Under the pieces are notes generated by a model. That model saw only the letters and a program-made list of their open reading frames with translations. It did no database searches and was not told where the DNA came from. From the NCBI GenBank assembly GCA_026416115.1, contig JAOAFU010000034.1:1-49018 (forward strand): a stretch of DNA of 49,018 nucleotides, written 5' to 3'. The stretch comes from Bacteroidales bacterium (lineage in GTDB: Bacteria; Bacteroidota; Bacteroidia; Bacteroidales; DTGW01). Below, piece by piece: positions 47,671 through 49,018 of this stretch. Numbering within the stretch: position 1 is the first letter of the stretch; each line of letters begins with the position of its first letter. The position numbers were made by a program, and so were the translations under genes.

Positions 47671-49018
47671 ATACCTGAGATTTTATTTTTTGTAATTTTT
47701 CCAAATACTCCTTTAATCTATTGTAGTCGCTTTGGGTTTGTTGAAGAATATTTTCTACTGTTCTGATTTCATCACTTATGAATATTAAAGCTTGATGATG
47801 CAGCTTATCGATAGTTCTAAATATTTTCTCTGTTAAGTCAGAGATGTATCGATGCAGATTTTTTTCTACTTCAATTGTTATTTGTTTTTTAAAATAGCCT
47901 TGAAAAATCTTTCTGAACCATTTCATAGGAAGAAAAAATAAAAGCAAATCTAAATGAGTGTCGAATGCCCTATAAATTGCAATATCGGGTTTGTCGATAC
48001 CCGCAAAATCGATCTGCCAATAGGCTTTGGGCAGATGTACTCCGAGCTCATAACTTAGTTTTTCATCTAATAATTGCCTGAATCTTAATGCTGAGTATTC
48101 GTAATAATTGGCCGATTCTCTGACAATTTGGTTTATCGTATCAAAGTTTTTCTCATCGATACTTGTAATTTCTTTTTCTAATTTTTCCCTAAGCCATTGC
48201 TCATACTGTCGTGAAACCTAGTATAGGTTGCCTTTCCAAGTAGGGTATTCTTCGTTAAATTGTTGGATGATCTTTTCAACAAGATGTTTATGATAGGGTA
48301 AAACAATTTTTTCGAGCTTTTCTCTTACCTTTTCTTTAAATGATGCCCCCGACCAAATCATCTCCCTTTCGTGATGTTGCCGATTATTTCGAATCTCGTT
48401 CAACAAGTCGACTACGGATTCTTTGGCAGTTTCTTTTTTAATGGCTCCTTGAAGTGCCAGTTCGGTATACATAAGCGTATTGTCGAGAAATTTATTGAGT
48501 TTATAATTGGTTATTTCTCTTAGCTTAATATCGGCTTGCGTATGAATGGGCATTATTATTTGTTCCAGTATATTTTGGCGATACATATGAGTATTTTTAA
48601 TAATCGAATATTCATAGACCGGATAATGGCTTCCGGTAGTTTTAGTTAGTTCGCGGACAAGATAAGATTTAATTTCGTCGAGTTGGTTCTGAGTAAAAAG
48701 ATCAGTTTTAGTGAGAACAATGGCAACTTCGCGACAATATTGGCTAACCCCTTTTATTAGGTTGATATCCTCTTCGGCTATAGGTCGTTCGGCACCAATG
48801 GTTATAAGGGCAACGCCTGTAAATGGTAGCCACTCAAGGGTAGCCATGCTATTATGCTTGTATAAGCTACCTAACCCAGGGGTGTCGATTAGGCTAACAT
48901 TTTTAAATGATTCAAAGAGCGGATGTTCTACAATAACTTGTTCAACCTTCTTAACGTTTTCGGGATTTAATTTTTCTGTAGCGTACTGTACAAGTTCAGA
49001 AATATTGGAAACAATTTC
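47660..49018 (-). pseudogene. Dynamin-like GTPase, 3' part (5' end outside the window), interrupted by one in-frame TAG at 48218-48220
   Basis: Manual translation: one frame is open from 49018 (EIVSNISELVQYATEKLNPENVKKV, LIDTPGLGS = G3, VLTKTD = G4) to the stop at 47660, except for a single TAG (WKGNLY*VSRQYEQW). ORF-track entries 48218..48847 and 47660..47947 are pieces of this frame. A sequencing error or readthrough cannot be excluded. Confidence 0.75.

Noticed and set aside
47660-48847. Two separate hypothetical genes, or genome-wide TAG recoding
   Set aside because: Both ORFs are in one continuous frame of a dynamin-like gene, and TAG terminates at least four other genes in the window at their expected ends.
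1-49018. tRNA, rRNA, CRISPR arrays, IS elements, prophage genes
   Set aside because: None recognised by eye. Small ncRNAs in the longer spacers (144-595, 28327-28965, 42801-43126) cannot be excluded without a covariance-model search.

Overview
A chromosomal window from a Bacteroidota bacterium, probably an anaerobic Bacteroidales. This is supported by TAnnTTTG promoter elements, a T9SS C-terminal domain, signal peptides cleaved before Gln, and the ileS-dksA-lspA and dnaE-trxA gene orders. Housekeeping genes are pstS (partial), pgi, gpsA, leuS, trxA, dnaE, lspA, dksA, ileS and lipA. Accessory loci are a heavy-metal RND efflux locus (small Cys/His-rich upstream ORF, CzcA fused to a TolC-like domain, CzcB-like adaptor) and four CAZymes (GH97, GH127/146, a large multimodular GH87-like T9SS cargo, GH95). 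A tight six-gene operon joins a biotin carboxylase and an acyl-CoA dehydrogenase to the mevalonate pathway (HMG-CoA reductase, two GHMP kinases, MvaD), with no HMG-CoA synthase. At the right edge is a dynamin-like GTPase/antiporter/USP/HAD operon whose dynamin gene has one in-frame TAG. Best candidates for new biology: (1) a leucine/isovaleryl-CoA-fed mevalonate operon, (2) a possible metal-sensing arrest-peptide leader plus structured spacer controlling the CzcA-TolC fusion, (3) the dynamin-antiporter operon. I recognised no rRNA, tRNA, CRISPR array or mobile element. All family calls come from motif recognition by eye, with no database searches.
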